Of a stretch of 17,770 nucleotides of DNA, positions 7,330-14,702 are shown one piece after another. Origin of the DNA: Candidatus Iainarchaeum sp. (GTDB lineage: Archaea > Iainarchaeota > Iainarchaeia > Iainarchaeales > Iainarchaeaceae); the NCBI GenBank assembly GCA_043812975.1, contig JBDRLP010000065.1:1-17770 (forward strand), written 5' to 3'. Under the pieces are notes generated by a model, which ran no database searches, was not told where the DNA came from, and worked only from the letters and a program-made list of their open reading frames with translations. Made by a program: the position numbers and the translations under genes. Within the stretch, counting starts at the first letter, position 1, and each line of letters opens with the position of its first letter.

Positions 7330-7821
7330 TCAACCCGCCTCGATCCACAATTCAAAAAACTCTTTTTGATATTCGTCTGCTAGTTCGTGATCAAAAATAA
7401 AAACAATATTTTCAAAATTTTTTGTATTTGCATTATTGGTCCAGTTATAGGAGCCTGTAACAACAAGTTTATTATCAATAATCATGAACTTATTGTGCAT
7501 TGTTTTTCCGCTTGGCATGATTCTTATTTTGAGGTCATTTTCTAAAAATTCGTCTTTTGAATTTTTGGATGCTGATTGTAGATAATCAGTTATTACCCTG
7601 GGTCTCACTCCTTTGTTATTTGCACTTATCAAGGAAGATGCTATTTTTTCGGAAGTGAAGGAATAAATTGCAGCATCAATAGAGGTTTCAGCGTTATTTA
7701 TCGCTATTATTATGCGTTCTTCGCAATCTTCTTTTGGGCAGAAAAATGCCTGATTTTGCTGTTTTTCAGCACACCCAGAACACAACAACAATAATATCGT
7801 CAATAAACGAATTAATCCCAT
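7330..7821 (-). CDS. Phospholipase D-family (Nuc-like) nuclease with lipoprotein-type signal
   Basis: Single HKD motif MHNKFMIID...TGSYNWT...N.EN; SIDAAIYSFT; N-terminus MGLIRLLTILLLLCSGC (lipobox-like). Confidence 0.88.
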   Translation of the reverse strand: MGLIRLLTILLLLCSGCAEKQQNQAFFCPKEDCEERIIIAINNAETSIDAAIYSFTSEKIASSLISANNKGVRPRVITDYLQSASKNSKDEFLENDLKIRIMPSGKTMHNKFMIIDNKLVVTGSYNWTNNANTKNFENIVFIFDHELADEYQKEFFELWIEAG

Positions 7822-7869
7822 ATTATCTTTATTTTGGGAATTTCTTTTAAATTTTGCTCTTTAACGGGG

Positions 7870-7893
7870 GTTGTACCATATGGCATTTATAAA
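7870..7893 (+). repeat. Left copy of a 24-bp imperfect direct repeat GTTGTACCATA-nnn-CATTTATAAA
   Basis: 21/24 identical to 9620-9643; contains the TATA-like TTTATAAA. Confidence 0.8.
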
Positions 7894-8018
7894 CTGGCAT
7901 AGAATTTTGATGAAATACTGTCGGGAAACATCAAAAAATGTCGCGAAAGTGTCGGGTAAAATAAAATGAGCTAAAGTAAGTTATTGGTCTTTTATTTGAT
8001 TTCTCTGAGTGATTCAGT

Positions 8019-8762
8019 TTAAATTTTTTCTAATAAACTTGTCACTTGAATTTGGTTTATTTTCAGCATGCTGGCCGTCGTTGCGATTGTTCCATCTACT
8101 TTGAACCTTTTCAGTTTTTCCTTGAAGTTTTCAACCAGTTTTTTGTTTAATCCTATTGTTTTTATTTTTAGTCCCTGTTTTATTTCCCACAACTCTTGAT
8201 TGGTGTCCAGTAGCGCATAAAGGTCTGCGATATCTTTTGTACGTTTGAAGGCATCACTCCTGTTTGGAGTTGACTTTAACTTCATTTCCACTAAAATTTT
8301 TGCCGAAGGGATCATTATTTCTATTTCTTCAATTTTTATGAATTCTTTTTCTTTATCAAAAACTTTTTTGAGCAGTGGTTCAGGCATTGAGTGCCTCATT
8401 TTTGTCGAGGTTGCAATGTCGAAGTAAATGTAGGATAAATCATGTATTGGGTGCTTTTTGCTCTCTTCTGTACTCAGTTCTTTTTCTGTTTCACTGTGAA
8501 AGATTTTTACCCATCTGAATGTTGAGTGCCTGTGAAAACCCATGCTTTCCAGAGTATCCTCTAAGCTTTTCAGCTTTATTTTTTGCGGATTAAAGAAAAT
8601 GTCAATGTCCCTCGAACCCATGTGAACAACCTCTTTGTTCTTTAGTGTGTAGTGGACTGCCCATCCACCCATAAGACCAATATTTTTTCTTTCAGTTTCA
8701 TTGAGGTTCCTGAAAAACTTGAGTAAGAGTTCGTCAGATTTTTCAATCATAAGTTTTTCCAC
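8019..8762 (-). CDS. AbiEii-like nucleotidyltransferase (putative type IV toxin)
   Basis: LMGGWAV...GSRDIDIF (Pol-beta NTase motif), MKLKS...R...KDIADL; immediately downstream of an AbiEi-like gene. Confidence 0.75.
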   Translation of the reverse strand: MEKLMIEKSDELLLKFFRNLNETERKNIGLMGGWAVHYTLKNKEVVHMGSRDIDIFFNPQKIKLKSLEDTLESMGFHRHSTFRWVKIFHSETEKELSTEESKKHPIHDLSYIYFDIATSTKMRHSMPEPLLKKVFDKEKEFIKIEEIEIMIPSAKILVEMKLKSTPNRSDAFKRTKDIADLYALLDTNQELWEIKQGLKIKTIGLNKKLVENFKEKLKRFKVDGTIATTASMLKINQIQVTSLLEKI

Positions 8763-8768
8763 TGTAAA

Positions 8769-9479
8769 TCACAACCTGTTATCCAGCCAATTTTCCATAA
8801 TGTTTTTTGCCTGTTCTTCTGCTAAGCCGCCGGAACTGAAGAGGTCACTCAAAAGTATCGGTAAAGGAACAATTGAAAAATTTTTCACTTTTTCAGCCTG
8901 TCTAAAAAAAACTTCCTGCTTTGTTGGAATTAGGAAAAGATTTGCCTGCCCTTTCTCTGCTTTCAGGAATTTTTTAGAAAAAAGATATTTCTTCCATTTT
9001 GGTTCATCCCCCGGTCTGACGTAAATGTGAACCTGGTTTGTTTTTACATATGGTGTGAAAAGTTCACTGCCGGCAAAAATAGTGAATGCATAATCAAATC
9101 CTGCATTGCCAACTGTTTTCAATGTACTGGCGAAATCCAGCGGGGAATAATATTCAATTTTTTCAAGGCTGTTGAATGGTCTTGTAAAGGAAATAAGTTT
9201 CACCAAATCACTTGCCTTTGAAACAGTATACTCATTGGTTCTGGAATCTTTTAATAGAAAGCCACTTTTCTCTAGTTCCTTTACAAAAGAAAAGGTCGGA
9301 CCATAGGTAAGTGTCAGGTTTAAAATCTGAAAAGGTTTTTTTTGGCTGTAAATCCCTGTGTCTTTTCCACCAAGCATTTTTTCTGTTCCTTTCCTTAATT
9401 CAAGAATGTTCCACTTTTTTTCCTTGTTCTTTAGCATCCATAGGATTGAAATCAGGCGCTTATCAGTGAGCTTCAACAT
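8769..9479 (-). CDS. AbiEi-like antitoxin / winged-helix regulator
   Basis: N-terminal wHTH-like segment (TYGPTFSFVKELEKSGFL); C-terminal YAFT..AGSEL..PY....VHIYV and VP.PILLSDL...GG...EQA pattern; 6-bp gap to the NTase gene. Confidence 0.7.
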   Translation of the reverse strand: MLKLTDKRLISILWMLKNKEKKWNILELRKGTEKMLGGKDTGIYSQKKPFQILNLTLTYGPTFSFVKELEKSGFLLKDSRTNEYTVSKASDLVKLISFTRPFNSLEKIEYYSPLDFASTLKTVGNAGFDYAFTIFAGSELFTPYVKTNQVHIYVRPGDEPKWKKYLFSKKFLKAEKGQANLFLIPTKQEVFFRQAEKVKNFSIVPLPILLSDLFSSGGLAEEQAKNIMENWLDNRL

Positions 9480-9484
9480 GAATA

Positions 9485-9510
9485 TATTCGTTAAACGAAT
9501 ACTATATAAA
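9485..9510 (-). promoter_or_regulatory. Putative TATA box (TTTATATA on minus strand, 9503-9510) and operator palindrome TATTCGTT-A-AACGAATA (9485-9501) of the AbiE-like operon
   Basis: Perfect 8-bp inverted repeat between the TATA box and ATG 9479. Confidence 0.65.
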
Positions 9511-9619
9511 TATAATGAATAATGGTTTATTTTGTAGGTTGAAGATTCAAGTTTTTAGTAAATAGATAAAATCGCTAAATATAAGCGGATTCCGTGCATC
9601 ATTTAGACGGTTTATCAAT

Positions 9620-9643
9620 GTTGTACCATAATTCATTTATAAA
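9620..9643 (+). repeat. Right copy of the 24-bp imperfect direct repeat; probable promoter of the downstream + strand genes
   Basis: GTTGTACCATAattCATTTATAAA, 21/24 identical to 7870-7893. Confidence 0.8.
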
Positions 9644-9749
9644 TGCCCGACAGCAATGGTTATAGAAAAGGGTCAAAAATTGGTTTCGCCTCACGCCTCC
9701 TTTTATTTTCCCTTTTTCTTCTTTTTGTTTCTTTATTAAATTGATTTTT

Positions 9750-10145
9750 ATGAAAAAAATGTTAATTCCAGTATTCGTGGTTCTATTTTCCTTGAATGCT
9801 TTTGCCCAGGACTATTTATGGGATACATTAAGACCGGTTGCACAGTTTGCAGTTGATATTGATGTTCCTGTAAAAATGATTGTTTTTCTTTTGTCGATAG
9901 CAATTTTTTTCATTTCTGCTTTAGCTTATCAGAAATCAAAATCTAAAAGAATTCTGCTTGTCGCAATTGCATTTTTCTTCTTTGCATTTAAATGGTTGGT
10001 AAAATTATCAGACATTTTTTATTCTCCAGGTTACTTTTTGTCAGATTCCTCCGAGAATATTTTTGAGCTTATAATTTTGATTTCACTTTTAATTGCTCTT
10101 TTTTACAAAAAAAATGGAAATAAACTTTTCGCCAAAGGGAAGTAG
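9750..10145 (+). CDS. Hypothetical membrane protein (signal peptide plus ~3 TM), cotranscribed with a wHTH regulator
   Basis: MKKMLIPVFVVLFSLNAFA signal-like N-terminus; hydrophobic helices; 8-bp gap to the next gene. Confidence 0.8.
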   Translation: MKKMLIPVFVVLFSLNAFAQDYLWDTLRPVAQFAVDIDVPVKMIVFLLSIAIFFISALAYQKSKSKRILLVAIAFFFFAFKWLVKLSDIFYSPGYFLSDSSENIFELIILISLLIALFYKKNGNKLFAKGK

Positions 10146-10153
10146 GCGTTAAC

Positions 10154-10681
10154 ATGGATGTTTTAGAGCAGGCTCTTAAGTTAGATATAAGAAAAAAAAT
10201 ATACAATACTATTAAACGTAATCCGGGCTTGCATTTCAGGGAAATACAAAGAAGAGTCGGAATAGCTACTGGCGCATTACAATACCATTTAGATTGCTTG
10301 ATGAAAAAAAACTTATTGAAAACAGAAAGGGAAACAAAATTTCTTAGGTATTATCTGGTAAGACAGGATTTTGAGGAAACTTCTCTGATGGCTTTGCTTA
10401 GACAGGACTCAATGAGAAAAATAATTGTTTTCCTTATGCAGAGGCGCTTTGCTAACAATCAAACTATTTCAAAACAAGTAAACCTTAGCCCTTCAACTAC
10501 TTCCTGGCATTTAGAAAAACTTGTTGAAAGCAATGTTGTTGAAAAAAACCGAAGGGGAAGAAAAACGTATTTCAAACTAACTGATAAGGAAAAACTTGCT
10601 GAATTATTAGTTGGTTACAGAAGAAGTTTCTTGGATGAAGCAGTAAACAATTTCGTGGAAATCTGGGAAGAGAGTTTGTAA
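10154..10681 (+). CDS. Tandem winged-helix transcriptional regulator (ArsR-like, archaeal double-wHTH type)
   Basis: RKKIYNTIKRNPGLHFREIQRRVGIATGALQYHL and a second HTH ISKQVNLSPSTTSWHLEKLVE...RRGRKTYF. Confidence 0.88.
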   Translation: MDVLEQALKLDIRKKIYNTIKRNPGLHFREIQRRVGIATGALQYHLDCLMKKNLLKTERETKFLRYYLVRQDFEETSLMALLRQDSMRKIIVFLMQRRFANNQTISKQVNLSPSTTSWHLEKLVESNVVEKNRRGRKTYFKLTDKEKLAELLVGYRRSFLDEAVNNFVEIWEESL

Positions 10682-10712
10682 GTACTTAGTATTGAATTCT
10701 AAAAAAATTGAG

Positions 10713-10787
10713 TGGACACGGGCGGATTTGAACCGCCGATCTTTCCGTTATCAGCGGAATGCTCTAGCCAGACTGAGCCACGCGTCC
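10713..10787 (-). tRNA. tRNA-Ile (anticodon GAT), no intron, CCA not encoded
   Basis: The reverse complement folds as GGACGCG/CGTGTCC acceptor, GCTC/GAGC D-stem, TTCCG-CTGATAA-CGGAA anticodon arm, GGCGG-TTCAAAT-CCGCC T-arm, discriminator A. Confidence 0.97.
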
Positions 10788-10848
10788 ACAATTTACTTAG
10801 AAATTAGCTTGGAATACCTTTTTTAAACTATTTAAAGAATTGAATTTT

Positions 10849-11604
10849 CTATAATCTAGGGCTTCTTTTAGTATTTTCTGCATATATTTTGAGTAAATAG
10901 AATACTGCTACTATTGTGAATAAATATGAAATTACGATTCCTACTATTGGGATTATTGATAGTACTGTGAGTATTGCTGTTGCAGCCAGCATAACAAAAA
11001 TAGCTGCAAGATTGAATATATAATTTTTTACTCCAAATGCAATTGATTTTTGAACTGCTCTTATTCCTCCGGTTTTTTCAAGAACTACTATAGGAGTTGC
11101 ATTAATGAAAAGAGGGGAAACAAAGAATAAAATCACTATTGCAATGAATATTCCGATTAATAATCCAATTTCCTGAAACAATAAGTAAGCCGGAATAAGT
11201 ATTATTGCCATTAGTAAAAAAACAAGAAGGGTGGTTACTATAGTCACTACTATTGTTGGTATTAATCTTTGTCTTATCGCGTGACTTATTTCATCAAAAT
11301 TATAATTTCCTGAAATTTCAATCTGTGAAAATCCTTTATAAGAAAAAATATTCAAAATTGCCTGAACTAGTAGTAATATTATTAATCCAATAATTCCTGC
11401 TAAAAATATTACTATAATCGAAACCCACATGTTATTTATTGCTGCTAAAAAAGCAATCCCTAGAGCACCTACGAGTATTACTATTGCAGCTACTCCTAAA
11501 CCAATTAACATTGCTGCACCAAAATAAATGATTCCTAAAATTAGTGCTGGTTTTTTAATTGCAAGAGAAAATGATTGCATGAACAATTCTACTGGATTAG
11601 GCAT
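10849..11604 (-). CDS. Polytopic membrane protein of unknown function
   Basis: 251 aa with ~6 hydrophobic helices; PIVVLEKTGGIRAVQKS motif typical of small archaeal membrane families. Confidence 0.82.
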   Translation of the reverse strand: MPNPVELFMQSFSLAIKKPALILGIIYFGAAMLIGLGVAAIVILVGALGIAFLAAINNMWVSIIVIFLAGIIGLIILLLVQAILNIFSYKGFSQIEISGNYNFDEISHAIRQRLIPTIVVTIVTTLLVFLLMAIILIPAYLLFQEIGLLIGIFIAIVILFFVSPLFINATPIVVLEKTGGIRAVQKSIAFGVKNYIFNLAAIFVMLAATAILTVLSIIPIVGIVISYLFTIVAVFYLLKIYAENTKRSPRL

Positions 11605-11693
11605 GCAAATATAATCTTAGATTTCCGTTAAAAACCTTTCTTTGGTTGTGAAGCATACTTTTTATAGCTTTGCGAGTAAAATTCATTCTGAAG

Positions 11694-11858
11694 CACTAGC
11701 CCCGTCGTGTAGCGACCTTTTCTTTAGGAAAGAACCTTGCAGAATTAGAAATTCTGCGAGGCCTCCCAGAACGAGAGTTCTGGAAGGAAGCTCGACTAAA
11801 AGAAAAGTGGTTTAAGGGCTTAAATCATAGTTAATTACACTAGCCCCGTCGTCTAGTG
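11694..11858 (+). repeat. Duplicated 5' end of tRNA-Gln (11694-11714 vs 11838-11858, 19/21 identical) separated by a multi-hairpin insert
   Basis: CACTAGCCCCGTCGT is exact at 11694-11708 and 11838-11852. The insert contains CTTTTCTTTAG...CTAAAAGAAAAG, CTTGCAGAATT-aga-AATTCTGCGAG and CCAGAAC-gaga-GTTCTGG. Confidence 0.8.
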
Positions 11859-11989
11859 GCCAAGGATACAGGCCTTTGGAGTAGCCTTTTTCTTTCTTGA
11901 GAAGAAAGAAAAACCCTAGGGAAAAAGAAAGAACTAGGGTCTGGGTACGAAGCCAGCCTGGGACCAGAGTTCGAATCTCTGCGGGGCTA
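11842..11989 (+). tRNA. tRNA-Gln (anticodon TTG) with a 75-nt intron at the canonical 37/38 position (11880-11954)
   Basis: AGCCCCG/CGGGGCT acceptor (A1-U72, archaeal Gln hallmark); CAGGC-CTTTGG|intron|A-GCCTG; T-arm CAGAG-TTCGAAT-CTCTG; bulge-helix-bulge with GGA bulge, CTTT/GAAG helix and CCA bulge. Confidence 0.95.
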
Positions 11990-12038
11990 ATCAGTACTTT
12001 TGGAAAGTCTTTTATATTTCGAACCTTTATTTTTTATT

Positions 12039-12662
12039 ATGCCTGTGAAAACTGCAATTTTTCGTGAAAATCAGAGGAAATTACAAACTGCAAGAAAAAC
12101 ACGTGGTTTTAGTTTGTTTCCTGATTTGCAGACAGATTCAACTAGAAAATTTGAACGTGACCTTGCTAGAAATGCCATAAGACCCGCTCTTGGAACACAC
12201 CTTGAAAGACCAAGCCCTGTACAGAAAAGGCAAAGCCAGAGGGAAGTATTCAGACATATGGTTAGGAGGCTGGGCCATGAGCTTAAGGGTGAAATTTCCA
12301 AAAAAGAAATAGCTGCTCTTAATGAACTCTCAATATTATTTTCCAAACATATAAATGTCAGGCACCAGCCTGAAGAACTCATGCGACGAACTTTTAAGCT
12401 GAGCCGTCGTGAGATAGAACTTGCTAATATGTTAAGTGAAACAACCGTAAAAAAACTTGATTCTTTAATTGACCGTCTGGAATACTTTTTTCCTACTAGA
12501 GAAGAAAGACTTGATAGGGGAGTAATAGAAGGAAATATATTTGATGAAGATCTTGACACAAAATTTTTTTCAAAACAACTTCGATTTAGAATTGCCCATG
12601 ATTTATGGCATTCTGGCGTGAGTTTTAAAATGATGCTGGATTCTGCAAGAAAACCACGCTAA
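12039..12662 (+). CDS. Hypothetical Arg-rich soluble protein
   Basis: 207-aa ORF from ATG 12039 with a TATA-like TTTATAT ~25 nt upstream; no family recognised. Confidence 0.7.
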   Translation: MPVKTAIFRENQRKLQTARKTRGFSLFPDLQTDSTRKFERDLARNAIRPALGTHLERPSPVQKRQSQREVFRHMVRRLGHELKGEISKKEIAALNELSILFSKHINVRHQPEELMRRTFKLSRREIELANMLSETTVKKLDSLIDRLEYFFPTREERLDRGVIEGNIFDEDLDTKFFSKQLRFRIAHDLWHSGVSFKMMLDSARKPR

Positions 12663-12718
12663 AAAGAAAAGTGTCAGCTTCGCTGAAAGCTTTACCAAAA
12701 GAAAAAGCACTAATTTTA

Positions 12719-13066
12719 TTAGTACAAAAATCCAGTAATGATTTCAGCAAGCGGCGGGCCTAAAATAAAGCCATTCACAAAACCAAAAACCAGATTTATT
12801 ATTGAAAAAACCAACGATACTTTTGTTGGCACTCCAAAAAGCGCTTTAATGAGAAAGAAAACTGCAGCTAGAACTGCCAGAAAAAAGAAAGCAGTGTTTG
12901 GCAAAAAATACGCAAAAATCAGAACAAAAAGAGTGTTTCCTCCAACTAAAAGAATTGAGTTCTTTAAAGACGCGTTTGGAGTTTCTGTTACTTTTAAGAG
13001 AAATGTTGTCAAAATTATTCCGAGAATCATTCCGGAAATCAAAGGCAGGTCATAGTAAATCGCCAT
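12719..13066 (-). CDS. Small 4-TM membrane protein (paralog 1)
   Basis: 115 aa, hydrophobic; alignable by eye with 13103-13450 and 15875-16219. Confidence 0.8.
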   Translation of the reverse strand: MAIYYDLPLISGMILGIILTTFLLKVTETPNASLKNSILLVGGNTLFVLIFAYFLPNTAFFFLAVLAAVFFLIKALFGVPTKVSLVFSIINLVFGFVNGFILGPPLAEIITGFLY

Positions 13067-13102
13067 ACTAAATACTGCTCAAACTAAGTTATATAAGTTT
13101 TC

Positions 13103-13450
13103 TCAGAACAAAAACCCAATAAGAGAGTCAGATGCAAAATCTACCAATACTAATGATAATACTGTTTTGAAAATCATGCTCAAAATCAATAAAATTAGTG
13201 TTTTATCTAACGGAGCACTATAAATCACTTTTATCAAAAAATAATAACTAACCAAATACAATGCGATTGAAATAAACGAAGCTGGTGGAAAAAAAGAATC
13301 AAAAAAAGCAGTAAGAATAACAAGCCCGCTTATGAAAATAAAACCATTTTTCAAATTCGCATTTGGAAAACCTGCTGATTTAGTAATGAAAGTAATCAAC
13401 CCGGTTCCTAAAATAATTGCTGTTATATATGGGATTAGGTAATAAACCAT
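13103..13450 (-). CDS. Small 4-TM membrane protein (paralog 2)
   Basis: 115 aa; shares YY..P, ILG, PNA.LKN and FLIK with paralog 1; 6 bp downstream of ychF. Confidence 0.8.
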   Translation of the reverse strand: MVYYLIPYITAIILGTGLITFITKSAGFPNANLKNGFIFISGLVILTAFFDSFFPPASFISIALYLVSYYFLIKVIYSAPLDKTLILLILSMIFKTVLSLVLVDFASDSLIGFLF

Positions 13451-13456
13451 TTTTGA

Positions 13457-14650
13457 TCAGTTTCCGTGAACAATTTCAATAACATCCCGGTTCTTTAATT
13501 CATGATCCTTTCCAATTAATTGTTTTGTTTTAACATCAATTGCTTTGATGAATTTGTTTCCAAAATCAGTGTGTAAAGCAAATGCAAAATCCAAAGCAGT
13601 TGATTTTGGAGGCATAAGGAAACAATCCGGAAGAACATTTCCTTTTGAATCAGTCAAACCTTTAGTTCCTCCTGGAAATATTGCTATAAAACCTAATAAT
13701 TCAAACACTGCTTTCTCCAAAACCTCTTGTACACCAGTGCTTTCGAATGGTTCTAGCACGTGAGTTTTAATGTACTCAATTCCTTTTTGTTGTTTTTCAT
13801 TAAGTTCTCCTTTTATTTCAAAAGAACTTCCTCCCTGCACATAATCAATCGAACCTTCTTTTGCTGCTCTTTTCAGAGTTAATTCTGATATTCCTGAGCA
13901 AGGAATAATTTTTTTATCAGGAAATTCGTTTTTCATTTTTTCAATATTTTCTTTTGCTGATGGAAGATCCATTTTGTTTGCTGCAATTACTATTGGTTTG
14001 GATTTTTCTCTGAGATTTTTTGCAAATATTTTTTTATCATCTTCACTCCAGTCTTTGAGTGGTTTTTCTAATAAGTTTAATTGTTTAAGAGTGCTTTCAA
14101 CTTGTTTTTCATTAGCCCCTATTCCTGAAAGGTTTTGAGTTAAGGTAGTTATTCCCTGTGTTTTTGATTCAAAAGGAGTTCTTGAGAGTTTATCCCAGTG
14201 TTTGTTTAGTATTCCTAATAACCACATATCAAGTTCTTCTTCTAAAAAAGCAATGTCCTCATTAGGGTTATGTGAACCTTGCGGAACTGGTTCTCCTTTT
14301 TCATTAGTGCTTCCGGAAGCATCAACCACATGAATAAGAACATTTGCTCTTGAAAGATCGCTCAAAAACTGATTACCTTTTCCTTTTCCTAAATGAGCCC
14401 CAGGAACCAAACCAGCGACATCAACCAATTCAACAGGAACAAATCTTGTTCCATTATGACAAAAACCAGTCCTTGGATTACACTGAACCTTAAATTCTTT
14501 ATCAACACAATCAACCCTCACAAAACCAACTGCTTTATTGGCCTCTATGGTTGTGAATGGATAGCTAGCCATTGGAACATCCATCATAGTGGCTGCGTTA
14601 AAAAAAGTACTTTTTCCTGAAGAAGGCTTTCCAACTACTCCTATAAGCAT
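13457..14650 (-). CDS. ychF: Obg-family YchF/OLA1 NTPase, archaeal type, with C-terminal TGS domain
   Basis: GKPSSGKST, YPFTTIEAN, DVAGLVPGAH.GKGKGNQFL, ANKMD, STALDFAFALHTD, LKNRDVIEI. Confidence 0.94.
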   Translation of the reverse strand: MLIGVVGKPSSGKSTFFNAATMMDVPMASYPFTTIEANKAVGFVRVDCVDKEFKVQCNPRTGFCHNGTRFVPVELVDVAGLVPGAHLGKGKGNQFLSDLSRANVLIHVVDASGSTNEKGEPVPQGSHNPNEDIAFLEEELDMWLLGILNKHWDKLSRTPFESKTQGITTLTQNLSGIGANEKQVESTLKQLNLLEKPLKDWSEDDKKIFAKNLREKSKPIVIAANKMDLPSAKENIEKMKNEFPDKKIIPCSGISELTLKRAAKEGSIDYVQGGSSFEIKGELNEKQQKGIEYIKTHVLEPFESTGVQEVLEKAVFELLGFIAIFPGGTKGLTDSKGNVLPDCFLMPPKSTALDFAFALHTDFGNKFIKAIDVKTKQLIGKDHELKNRDVIEIVHGN

Positions 14651-14702
14651 TGAATAATTGAGTTTGAAAACAATTAAATACCTTTAATCCCAATTCTTGT
14701 TT

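Noticed and set aside
6257..9221. Short alternative ORFs opposite the membrane, sigma-like and AbiE-like genes
   Set aside because: They overlap better-supported CDSs on the other strand and have Phe/Ser/Leu-biased shadow composition.
9656..9739. 27-aa Phe-rich ORF (MVIEKGQKLVSPHASFYFPFFFFLFLY) as an attenuation leader peptide
   Set aside because: The Phe codons follow from the T-rich tract, the ATG is too close to the TATA box to be transcribed from it, and the downstream genes are unrelated to Phe metabolism.
11698..11841. Upstream tRNA-Gln copy as a complete second tRNA with a D-loop intron
   Set aside because: No anticodon arm, T-arm or 3' acceptor strand of its own, no clean BHB around the insert and no obvious trans-splicing leader; kept only as a relic/insert finding.
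10713..12710. Integrated element at tRNA-Ile or at the tRNA-Gln 3' end
   Set aside because: No duplicated tRNA 3' segment and no integrase in the window.
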